Source: Balanoglossus misakiensis
Lineage: Eukaryota; Animalia; Hemichordata
Assembly (NCBI GenBank): GCA_040954595.2
Contig: CM082591.2
Span: forward strand, 3,395,957-3,459,956
Direction: 5' to 3'
DNA: 64,000 nucleotides
Shown: piece by piece, positions 1-11,955 of the stretch
How positions within the stretch are numbered: position 1 is the first letter of the stretch
How the letters are laid out: each line of letters starts with the position of its first letter
Notes under the pieces: generated by a model
Database searches by the model: none
Told to the model about the DNA's origin: nothing
What the model saw: only the letters and a program-made list of their open reading frames with translations
Made by a program: the position numbers and the translations under genes

Positions 1-3000
1 CCTGAGAGGAAAGAAAGAGAATTAAAGGGGCATGCCATACACAGCCAGTCTTTTGTTTCACACTGTTTCCCAATAAACAGTTCTGTACGCAGATAAATGA
101 TCTATTGTTTATGTCTATAGAAATGCCCATGTCAATGAATATGGGCCTTTAAATTAAATGCATTTTGAAGGGTATGTATGATCAACGGCACAGCATGAAC
201 CAGTATGATTAACCCTTTCACCACCATGGTTCAGTCCAAACCCATTGTTTTCTATGGTTAGGTGGGACCTCTAAAGAGAGAACTGGGGGTGAAAGGGGTA
301 CAAACTGCATGTTTTTATTCAGGCGGCAGTTACGTTCGAATTAAAATTTCCAGATGACGGGCAACTTCAGCAACGTGGACTTACATGGTGCAGAGGAAAC
401 TGTGCAAACGAAATGCAATGAGGCTGATGAGGCACCATACCTGATACATGTTACGTGTTTGGCAGTTCTAAAGTAAAAACATACTCGGAAAAACTTTTAC
501 TAGATGCCGAAATATTGCTTGCCCGTCATCTGGAAATGCCAGCGACATGGGACACATGGCCAGATCACGTGATTGATAGTAAAGAATAGCTTACTGATTT
601 TTACTCATCCTATGAGCTGTGGTCTCGCTAAAAAACAAACAAACAAATCAGTGAAGCTAATCATACCTGCATCACTATCAGCAGATCCATGATGAGGATG
701 AAGGAAGCCAGGTAGGCTCGAGACACCTCGTTGGACACAAGGATGTCGTGGTTGATGCTGTCCCAGCTGACCCAGTCGGTGCTGATGACCAGCACGACGA
801 CCACCGTCATGGTGACCCAGACCACCCAGAAGAGGATGATGCGGTAGTTGCCACGGTTCCAGAAGCGGCGGACTCGCACCGCCCACCCAGGGTAGAGTTT
901 GTCCTGCAGCATCATATCGGTTACCTGAGAGACAGCGAAATGAACAGCCATGACATCCGGCACAGAGACTAGCATGGATAGTTCTAACCCAGCCAAGTAG
1001 GAGTCTGTCTGATACTCTATTCTCTGTGACAGGCAAATTGAAATATTCCAGAACCTGTTCCAGCCATCGGTCCGACTTCCTAGCTAGGTTAGACTTCTAA
1101 AGTAGTCTTGTAATATATATTGCAGAGATCAGAACAAAGGATATAAATGGTAAGTACCAGTACTTACCATCCATGCAGTCACAAAGTCTCCCATCCAGGT
1201 ACCGCAGGCCGCCGCCTTCATGAAGGTGGCATTCTCAATCCCCAGGTACCCGCTAACCACGTAGGAAGTGAGCGTGTCACCGCCAATCAGGTACAGCAAG
1301 TTCAACAGGTAGGAGAATATGAAGAGGCTGACAATCGTGGTCATGAACATGATCATCCAGGAACCTTGCTCGTCTCGGAACATCCTCAGTCGCAACACAC
1401 GGCCTGATGGGAAGGGAAGAGTCAACGTTGATGGTGTATTCAATTTACCCTCCAATATGGGCAGTTTATGAAGGACATGCAATAACAGACAATGCACAAG
1501 TAAACAATTTTAAAACTAATTTCTATCGCATCCAGCATTTTTTAGGCAACAATGTTGTTTTTGGTTTGATAAAGAATAAAGATATCATTTTTTATCTCTG
1601 AACGATGTATTGAGCTGTTCCACATTATTGTTTGACAATGACATTATTTTAATGGATAGATTATAATTCTATAACTAAAATTAACCATATGATTACTTAC
1701 CAAGGAGAAGTCTATGAAATACAAGTTTACCAACCAGCATACCGATGATGATCGCCACGAGCCATATCACTATCTTAACCAAACTCCAAGCATTAGGGGG
1801 ATAGTAGTTCACTACCAGGGCATACACATTGCCAACAACCGGAATATTGCACACTTTCCGGCTGTGCGCGACGGGATCCTCCGCAAATATCAGAAAGTTG
1901 CAGATAGTGACGAAGTAGGCTATAAAAAGCCTTGAGTAGGGATGCTGGAAGTAATATCGGAAATCTCGCTTCATGTAGTATGATATTTCGCTCCAAATGC
2001 TTTTGCTGTCGACTTCGTCCTTTCCAAGGCCTGGACGGATCGTTTTGCCAAAGTCAATTTCGTCGAAGCCTAAGTTGTCGTTTTCCTGTTCCAATGATTG
2101 TAATTTTCGCCCGCTTTTTTCTTCCAGGTCGACAGCCTCCAACTTGGTGCTCGTTTTTGATGCGTTTTGTGACACGTTCTGTGACGCGTCGGTGCTGTGT
2201 GGGGATTTGTGAGACGACTGCTGTGACGCGCTGGGTGTCACACTATGTGATGTGCTGCGTGACACGTCCTGTGATGTGTCGCTGCTCTGTGGGGATTTTC
2301 CAGACGAACCCTGTGACGTGCTGTGTGACACATCCTGTGATGTTCCGCTGCTCTGTGTGGATTTGCGAGAAGACCCCTGTGACGTGCTGCTCGACATGTT
2401 CTGTGATGTTCCACTGCTCTGTGGGGATTTGCTAGATGCTCCTGATCTCTGTGATGTTCTGCTCTGTGAGTTGCTTGGTGGGCCTTTGCCATCGTGGGCA
2501 TCTGCTCCTTCATCTTTGACAATAACTTTGGCAAGTTCCTGTCAAATAAAAAAAATATTTGTTGCTAAAAATAAAAATATTTCCCAACCCAAAAAGCATG
2601 ATGATGGAATCATGCACACATTGATTATAGAGGGCTTTGTTCTTTACATGAAATTGAAAAAAACTGCACGAACGTTGAAAACAAACTGCCTACTGGACAA
2701 CCTGTTGCATATTATTGCAGTGGTGTAAAGGAAAAAGTAAATTGTACAAATTAAACATATGACCGATATCTATCATTATCTGATCATTTTGATCCCAGAA
2801 TCCAGGCAATTTTCAAAAGTCAATTTATTCTCCACGAAAAATAGTGATATAATTTCAGGCACATTTTATAATAAAAAAACAGCCTGGCTAATTTTGTATT
2901 TTATATGTTGTCTGCCACATTTTACATTCTGCAGAACCGCATCAAAATTCAAAAACCGTAGCTCGCATTTCGTTCTTCTTTGTGGGTTGTGACGCACACA

Positions 3001-3675
3001 TTTAATTAATTTCCCTTTCGGACTGATTAAATGGTTGCAAACAGTGCTCGGTGCTGGGTTGCCATGGCAACCAATTACTGTGTACATCGATGTCGATTAT
3101 CGTCGTCCATGTGTACGTGTTGCTGAAAACAGATCGGTCTCGCCTCAGTGAGTGAATAATATAAAGCGAGAAATTTTACACTAAAACGTGTTTTCTCCAG
3201 CAAAAAATGTAGAATCTTCAGCACCGATGAAATGAAATACGACAGCGCGTGCAGAGCTGTCGAGAAACTTGAAGTCGGTCAAGAATTTTTCACATAGTTT
3301 CGCTCCGAAATTGACAGAAATTGATACCCTGGGAATGCGAGCGCAAAGCCTTACCTCCCCCTCTGGTATACGCTTACTCTTGGCATTCTGTGCGCTTTCT
3401 TTTTCTGGAATGTAAACTGGTTTCGCGACGGCACCGTTGGCGTTCCCGTTCTTGTCGTTGTCGATTTCAGCCGCTTTCACTCCGGTCTGACTTCCGCCTT
3501 GGCCCTTCACAGACCCCGTTGCCGAAGCGCTGTTTTGAACCTCCCGCCGCTTGTCTGCTGCCTTGGTAGCGTTCTGCATGGCAAGTATGTTATCACAGGC
3601 CTCGAAGAGTTCTTGTTTGCTGAAGACTTTAGTCACCGGTCTGGGTCGTCGATCATTAACGTTCTGTCGTTTCAT
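1..3675 (-). CDS. TMEM117: Transmembrane protein 117, 5' part (continues beyond the window start)
   Basis: Exons 3355-3675, 1701-2538, 1168-1403 and 667-924, plus an acceptor at 2-4; all GT-AG and phase-consistent. Peptides MKRDFRYYFQHPYSRLFIAY...IFAEDPVAHS, GTWMGDFVTAWMVTDMMLQD and EVSRAYLASFILIMDLLIVMQ match TMEM117 as recalled. Confidence 0.92.
209..300. repeat. Short (~90 bp) TTAA-starting interspersed element
   Basis: TTAACCCTTTCACC...GGTGAAAGGGG terminal inverted ends; a diverged second copy lies at about 14517-14608. Confidence 0.5.
327..545. repeat. Inverted-repeat interspersed element (MITE-like)
   Basis: Perfect 19-bp IR ATTTCCAGATGACGGGCAA at 346-364 and 519-537; the left arm recurs at about 11097-11157. 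Confidence 0.5.
2160..2470 (-). repeat. Coding tandem repeat (~66 bp, Ser/Gln-rich) in the TMEM117 N-terminal extension
   Basis: CTGTGATGT..C.CTGCTCTGTG.GGATT recurs at about 2269, 2336 and 2401; peptide SQGSSxKSxQSSxTSQDVS repeats. Confidence 0.75.
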
Positions 3676-3870
3676 CTACCGGAGAAAACCGCATACCTTC
3701 TATAAATAAACTGACCCTTTAGCACAGTGCAAATTCTCAACAAGCGCGTGGACACGCGTCGCGCGCGGCCAGGGACGACGTTATACGAGCACGCGCCCGG
3801 CCCAGCGCATAATAAAAACACATCGAATTATTACAGAAATATTTTCTTGTGACTCAGAATATACGCCTAA

Positions 3871-4949
3871 GGGACTGTCCAGAATTTACTTCCAGGGTGG
3901 GGCTGGAGGATTTCTTATTTTCCTGGTGATTTTTTTCCATGGCCCCCCCTTGTAAATTGTGGAGGAAATCTGTGGCCCCCCCGTAAATTTCCTGTTTTTT
4001 TTCCATGACCCCCCCCCCCAATATATACATGCATGCTTACCGGTACAGACTACCACACATACAGTCTGATAAGGCTGCATTTACAAACACCTCTGGAAGG
4101 GGGGGGGGAGAATTAAATTTTTTTTACCGTTAATTTCCACATGCCCCCCGTACACAACCCGAAATATTTTCAAATCCCCCCCTTCCGAACAGCTTAAAAT
4201 TTTGAAATCCCACCCCCCCCCCATTTTCTTTCACACAGCAAAACACATCACCTATCTATCTTGTAAAAAAAGAAAAACAGCGCTCCCATGAAAAGAATTT
4301 GAAACTGATGTTTTTCCTCATCAGTGGATATTAAAACTGAACATTGTTTATATTTGTTAAGTATTTGTATTCTGTGTTGGCAGATATTATAAACCGAGAA
4401 GTGAAGGGGGTGGGTTTGGGAGGGGGTGTCCCCCTCCCACGTAAGAAAATTTTATAAAATACAGAGCTCAAAGCTGCATTTTAATGAACCCAAAAGCAAA
4501 TTAACTTTTTATATACATATATGAATGATTGATGAGAAAATTAACGAATTCTAGTCTGGACTTGAATTGAGCTCGTCAACAGTAACAACACTGACTGTTC
4601 ACTGTACATTTATGGTCTGTGCTGGCAGGCCAAATACTGGGCATTTTATTATGCTTCACAGAGTAGAACAAGAAACTGTAGTAGATATACAAAATAACCC
4701 ACCGTAAAAATTACCGGAAATTCAAGCTTATGAAGATTTAATGCACTGTCATCCAGGTAGCCATGGTGGTTTGTTTCTTATAAATCAGTACTTCTGGGCA
4801 AATATTGAGTTTGTGAGAGTTTTTTACATGGCCCCCCCTAAAGGATTGTGATTTTTATGTCTGACCCCCCCTAATTTTTCTTGGGGAAAATGGGTGGCCC
4901 CCCCTGAAAATCCTCCAGCCCCCCCCGGAAGTAAATTCTGGACAGTCCC
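3871..4949. mobile_element. Non-autonomous PIF/Harbinger-like DNA transposon (MITE), 1079 bp
   Basis: TIR GGGACTGTCCAGAATTTACTTCC at 3871 with reverse complement ending at 4949, extending imperfectly to about 45 bp; TAA on both flanks (3868-3870, 4950-4952); no transposase ORF. Confidence 0.8.
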
Positions 4950-5605
4950 TAATATAACAGAAATCGTCATAGACGTGCGTGTGCCACTTTGACTTACCAC
5001 GAGAGTGGAAAAAAATGTGCGCTTATGAATCGTCTTACAAACATGGTACAAACTGAATAGTCAAATAGTTTCTGCCTTTTCAACTTCCATCATTATATTC
5101 TTTGAGCATTCACAAAAGAATTGCTTTCAGGGAATGTATGAACGCCAAAACCCGAATTATAATAATTATGAGTTATGTTTCCCCTTTGTTTTTAATCACT
5201 GTGAAAAGATGGGTCGGTATGTCATGCACGAGGAACAGATTCTTGACATTTCTGCTTTCAACATTTTAAAGCCAGTTACGTAAATGTATTAAAAGCTTGC
5301 GCTTACAAAGATAATACCTGTCTTTTCTATTGAATTGGTTATTATCTAGTTATCTGGTTATTATTTAGTCCCTTTTATTTGAAATTTCTGGGTTCATCGT
5401 GCTCGAGGACGGACGCGAGAGTATTAGTCTCGTGCTAACTTTGTTACAGGGAAGCTAGGGAGTCATAACCAACCGGAAGTACCAGGTCACACGGGGACAT
5501 TACCAAAAGTCAGGTGACATATCAGTACAAACGTCAACAAGTAATATACATGTACACTTGGTGTTGCGTCAACGTTAGCGAGGAATCGCGACTTTTGTTT
5601 CAAAA

Positions 5606-8600
5606 ATGATGATCAGCATGCGAGTGTTAGTGGTATTTCTCGCGTGTCTTTCTCGTGTGTTTGCAGGGAATCACGGTAAGTTGATAGGGGGGAGGCTTGG
5701 CCGGATAATTTGACATCATGATCATTCATACGTGCATTGGCATGGTTGTTTACGATTGGAATGTCGTCATACGGTACGCCTCCCATACAAGTGAAATCTC
5801 TGGCTACGAATGCATAGTCGTCGGTTTTTATGACACTATGTTACCTCCAAATGGATATGGAGGTGATGTGAATGCGTTAGATTATTTAGATGATCGAAAG
5901 AGGGTCATAACTTGAATAATGCTGCACTTGTCCTTGAATGAAAATCGCATGAAATCTTGGAAGTGGCAAGTCATGAAAACTAAACCCATCATAGATTTAC
6001 CATGTGTATTTTCAGTCTAGGGACGAAGAAGTATTCAGAAATGCTTTCTGATTTCTCAGCAACGGCGTCTTTTGTCGAGTAAATCGTACGTTCAATTCTT
6101 TCTCAGATGTCATCAACCTGGAAGTGAATGAAATTACAGACATCACTTTCCCAGCCCTTGGAACACAGCAGTTTGTGCTGGACAACATCACAGATATATC
6201 AGACACAGTTGGAGTCTTTCAGATTCACACACAGCACAAGAACTTAACAGGGTCCCTCACAACAGTGCCGTCATTGGACACTGCGATGACGGCGGCAGAT
6301 ATAGGACTGGTTACAGAGTTAGACCAAGCATCAACCGATGCAGTTTGGTATGTTAACTCATCACACAACCACTCCATACAGGCCCAAGTAACTGCCTTAC
6401 TGTACAAGCAAAATGGTAAGTTCACATTGGTAAGGTCCAAGTCATAAATGCTATTACATTCAGTGTTGATGCTTTCTGAAACAAAATTATTGAAAAAAAA
6501 ATGCACGGAATTTATTACTAATACTATCTATGTAATTATTTCTCTTGTATTTTATCACTTCCCAGATCCAATACCTGGTGCCTGTAACTTTGAATTCAAC
6601 CTCCTCAACGATGCCAACTTGCATCTGCCGTATAACATTTACGAGACTTTTATCCAGTTTCAACCGGCGAATATCGGCTGGGCGCGCGGAGGGGAGCAGA
6701 TGCCGTGCGATACGCAAACGGCGGCGAGATTCCGTCTGAACTATGAGATCTACATGTACTTCCTGCCCGAACACAATTTAGCTGAGACCTACTTGTTTGA
6801 TGGTCTGAGAAAAATGACTACAGTGTCAGGAATACAGAGATATGGATCCAAGGTGTGTATAAAAGAGTTTATCAACCCGTTTGGTTTAGACAGTATTTCT
6901 TAGTATCTATGGTATTACATCAGTTGCCTGTATAACACTACACAAGTCAGCTTGTGTTACTAAAATCTGGGATAGGCCATTTGTGAAAGAAAAAACACTC
7001 TATCTACATTTCAGATTGCATCATTGGATGGTCACAGCCGGCCGACTTTCACGGTTTCATCTTTCCATGGGCAAGGTGTTATCTATAACGTCATTGTACG
7101 AGATCCCTACGAGGGCACCAGTGCTGCATACATCCCTGCATCATCCTACGCTTGTAATTTCACATCAAAAGTCGACAGCTGTCATGCGTCCTGTGAGTTG
7201 GGAGAAATCTTTCCGAATTTTGTCAGTTTCAAAAGTATTTTTTGTAGAATAAAAACAGTTATAAAGTGATTGTCCATTGTAGTTGCTCGTCTAATTAATT
7301 AAAAATGGTAATTTGCATTTCTCTAATTTGTCTTTAAGGTTCACCAACGTCCTTGGTCGCCGTGACAACATTCGGTGTGTTGGGTCTTTTTATTTGCTTG
7401 GCTGGGCATCGCTATTATAAGACGGGTGAGTTAACGCTCATTATCCATGAATTTATGCATTACTTTTAATGATTTTATGTTCAAATTAAAATTAATCTAG
7501 TAAATTTGCATACTCAAGCAAACCAATTTCTTCAGTAGTAAAAAGATATTTCAATGGAACAAAACAAAAGTAAACATTTCCTACAGGTGCTCAATTCTGT
7601 AAAATGAAGGACTAATTCATTAATGGTACGAGCGATTCATATCCCAAGAGAGCAGTTCTTCACACTCTAGAAAGTAATTCACAAGTGCCCATTTTCGTCA
7701 TTAATGTCACCTGCCACAATTACTCTTATATAATGAATTAAAGGTATATGGTCACCTATGGAAAATTAGCAATAGTTACCATGGCAAATTGAGATCTAAC
7801 CAATCACAGATTTTCAGTGGGTGGCACACGCGAAAAAAAGAGCGCCACCATATGTTCTTTAGAACGCTCAGATACGCCATTTCAGCCATATATGGGTTTA
7901 TGTACATTGGGGGTGACTGTATACCTTTAAAGCTATAGCAGTTTTGTAGTATTGTGCGACGCAGCAAACGAACTCTATTGAATTAGTGAAACTTGGCCAA
8001 ATGTCAGAAAGGGCATGTCTTTTTAATGAAGCTTTTTTTCCTTTCAGAACTCTTCGTTTTTGGGTTCTTGATAACGGCACTGGTATGCTTTATTATAATA
8101 GCTGCTGCTTCAAACATGAATTACATAGGTGAGTATTTTGATAATCAATTTGAATTATATCTATGGATATTTTTTGATATACATTCTTGCAAGATTTGAG
8201 AGATGTATGCCAAGGACTTCATGCATTAATATGTCACAGAAAAAAATCTAAGAATTTAACTGACTTCCAATCATCATTTCAGAATGTGTTAATAATCTGA
8301 TTTCTATTTCTAATTTGCATTTTACACCGACAGGTCACCTGGTACTGACCGGCGTCTGTGGTTTGGTTGGAGGTATCCTTTTAGTCCTGTTTTGGTGGAG
8401 ATTTGGTTCCCCTATTTGGTGCACAGTTCTTGTGGGCTTTCTACTCGGCTATCTCTTTGCAGCAATAATATTTTTCACCCCATTCGGTAAGTTTTTTCCC
8501 CCGCATCATTTAGTAATACAGTTTAACCGGCCACCTCTATATAGTGAAAAGTTGTCTATAGTGTCCACTTTGTTACAGTCCCTGTGCATACATTTTACGG

Positions 8601-9556
8601 ATGTTATAATTTATCTGTAATTCTGTTTTTTTTTCTCTCATTCAGGTGATCTGAAACCCTGGCAGAGTAATATTGAATATGGTCTTTGCTTTTCCTGCTT
8701 TGTTCTTCTTGTGCCAGTTATTCTGATCTACTTTACGAAACAGGTAATCTAGAGTTTGGAAGCCATTCTGAATTAAGTGCATTCGTAAAAGAAATATTGA
8801 ACTTTACGTGATGGTTTTTGGTGTACTTGTTGTGGGTATTAATTTTTAATGTACTGTTGGTAAACAGTTAAAATTATTCCAACAATTTGGTTTATATTAA
8901 AAAAATCTTGAAATATGGTAGCCCAGATTTTACCACCAGCATATTCTGTGAACAAGTTGTGACTATAGATGTGAGACTTCAACATGTAAACATCATACAG
9001 TCGACATACATTTTTCATTGTTGATGTTTGATTTCAGTTGAATATCCTAGCCTGCACTGTGATTGGTTCCTATCTGTGCGTGCTGGCCATCGGTGCCTAT
9101 CTGTATTCCAGCCTGGCCTACATCATTCTCAACCCCCTGAAGAGGGTGTTGATGGAAGACTATGACAATGCCTATACCAAGGTGCCGTTCCAAAGAAATG
9201 GTGAGTTTGAGAAATTAAACCGCGTCTATGTGCAATAAACCTTTTTCCGATATAAACAATAGCATATTTAACAAATATTAACGAAAATAATTAACTGAAA
9301 TTGAATATTGATGAAAATGATTGTTTTTTCATCATCAGACATAATTTTAGTCAGTGTCTGGATAGCCCTGGCGGTTTTTGGATCAGTGGTGCAGTTCTAC
9401 AGAGAAAGAGGGCGTGATTTCCCACCATGTCCCTATAAGGAGTACAAGAGAAAGCGAAACGAACGCAAAGTGGAGAGGGACGTCTTGGACAGACATCTCC
9501 AGCGCAATAACATGGGAGGGGACGACGAGAGAAGGCCTCTACTTCAGTCTGTCTGA
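5606..9556 (+). CDS. TM7SF3: Transmembrane 7 superfamily member 3
   Basis: Ten exons: 5606-5675, 6107-6415, 6566-6852, 7015-7192, 7339-7425, 8048-8128, 8334-8486, 8646-8743, 9038-9200, 9339-9556. Signal peptide, DPIPGACNFEF, GQGVIYNVIVRDP...SAAYIPASSYAC, multiple TM helices, FPPCPY and a C-terminal ERRPLL. Confidence 0.9.
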
Positions 9557-11955
9557 GACCATCTCATTGGTCATTCCAGTTGCTTGGGATGATCGCATTG
9601 GTCGGTGCTGACGAACAGACAGTGTGAGTTGAAGTAACCTGGCTTTTGATTGGTCGTGCCGAAAAAAAAACATGGCACGTGCGAGTGCTGATGTGTGTGC
9701 TTCTTTGTACAGCACATAATTTCTTAGGGCATTTTTTCTACAAAACACTGCAAATGTCAGTGTACACGGTCTCGCTGAATCCAGACGTTGCCCAGTCTGG
9801 CAGTGTGGGTTAAACTATATTAGAACTTGACCATAAGGATAAGGCAAAAGGCTGACCACCCGTTTGCATAGAAATACCATGTTTACAGAACCTATAAGTT
9901 ACTTACATTATCTTTCCAATTCATGTAATGGGTTTGATTCTGTTTACACAAGTTAAATGAAGCGTTTATTTCTAATTTTCAAATGGTTTCTTGTGAATTA
10001 TTAATGTCTTGTACCACCAATAAATTACCAAGCTATGCATCTTAATTTGTTTAGTACGCAAACACAATTCAGTTCTAAATAAATACAGTTGACATGATGT
10101 TGTCAGACTAGAAAAATATCAGAAAACTGTCTTTTAGAGTCAAATGGTATAGATTTGCTTTGTTTCGATAAAAAAACGTAAAGTGTCTTTGATCTTCAGT
10201 TCAGATGACTCCTGTTGTAACTATAAATGGTCAATTTTTATACCAATATAGTCATACGTTTTACATATCTCGACAGTGAATATTCATATGATCTGTTTAA
10301 CTCTGAAATAACCCTCATAATAGAACATTCATTCTATCGTGATCTCAAGCTATTTTTTCTACTTTTTTATTGACTGTTTTTTCAGTTCTCATTGACAATA
10401 AATTATGTTTCAAATATAAAGACTTGTGTCTGCTTTATCAATACTACACATCTCTCACATATATGTTTTTGAAGTGAAGATGTATTTGAATTCTACAATG
10501 TACGATAACATTCTAAGTGGACAACACAATTATGTGTGGCAATATATTTTATAGATATATTTTTGGAAAAAAATGGCTAAGCTATGAAAAACAAACAGGG
10601 GCAACTGGGAGATTAAAAGATGTCACAAACTCACCTTGAAATTGCAGTGCTGTGACGATTCCAAAGAAGAAGTTTCCACCACGAAATTACTCTCCAAGGA
10701 TATTTGTAGTCCTTGTGCAGAGAAAGGGCAAACTCACCCAAGGTCTTCACACCCCGTACATCACAACTGAGTGTAATATTTGGAGGCAGGTTCCATCTGA
10801 AGGTAAATATGTATTGACATAAGTAATCACATGTTGAGTGACGAATTGGAAATGATGGCATAACCAACAATAGAGGGTGCAAACGGATCACGGGTGATGT
10901 TGTTTTGGACATTGTCATGGTGACCGCATTAAATATGAATAAGAAGTTGTCTTCCCTTGGGATAATTAGCTGATTAGTTTGTGTGTGTTATGTGGTGTTT
11001 GCACACATGAATTTGAAACGTTTCTGAAATGTCTTTGTGTATCCTTTTGTCCTGTTCCAATTCTTCGATATCAAATGACGTCAGACGTGCTCAGGCACAG
11101 TTACGTTGGCATTCAAATTTCCAGCTAACGGGCAACTTCAGCAACATGGTGCAGACGACTACTACCGTACGTCGCATGCATGTGATAACAAACAAGGCTT
11201 GAAAACCCTTTCTTATTAGTTGATTATTTTCTTTTAATTCATAAGCAACCAGACAATCAATCATTACATTCCACTTTTTTTCTCATTTTCAGAATTTTAT
11301 TTAATCAACCAGAAAAATCAGCAACTTAAGTTATGTTAAAATTAAGTTTACCAGAAAAAAAAAACATAATTAAAGAATGTGTAATCATAACGGGAAAAAA
11401 TAACCACAAAACCAAATTTACATAAAAACGAAAGCATTTTGAAGACATCAGTTTGGGTGTTTTTTGCCTCATGGGGGGGGGGGGGGGGGGGGAGCCTTGA
11501 ATATTTTCCGACAGCAAGAAGGGTAGACAATGACATCCAAACACTGAGATATGAAACATGGACATTTTGCATAATTTGGAGTACACATACATTCCCTGAC
11601 ACAAATAATGTACATAGTACACAATTTCCATGCTTTGCAATCTGCCCCCGAGCTTCTAAGCCAATATCCCAACAAAACTCGCAGGTGACGTGTGAATTAT
11701 CCACGTTACATGCAAGGGTACAAGTCTGACACAAAGAAATTTCTACAAATTCTCAAATTGACTCAGAGCTTTTATTAAATCATAATTGCTGGAGGGCTGG
11801 GCATATGTATGAATTCAGTCTTTCTATCCATTCATGTGACCAAAAAAAATATGTAAAAAAAAAAAAACTTAAAAAAACAACCCTACAAAAGAAATAAATT
11901 CTAAATAGTGTACACAACAGAAACAAAATTATTTCTACACTTCACTTGGGATGGG

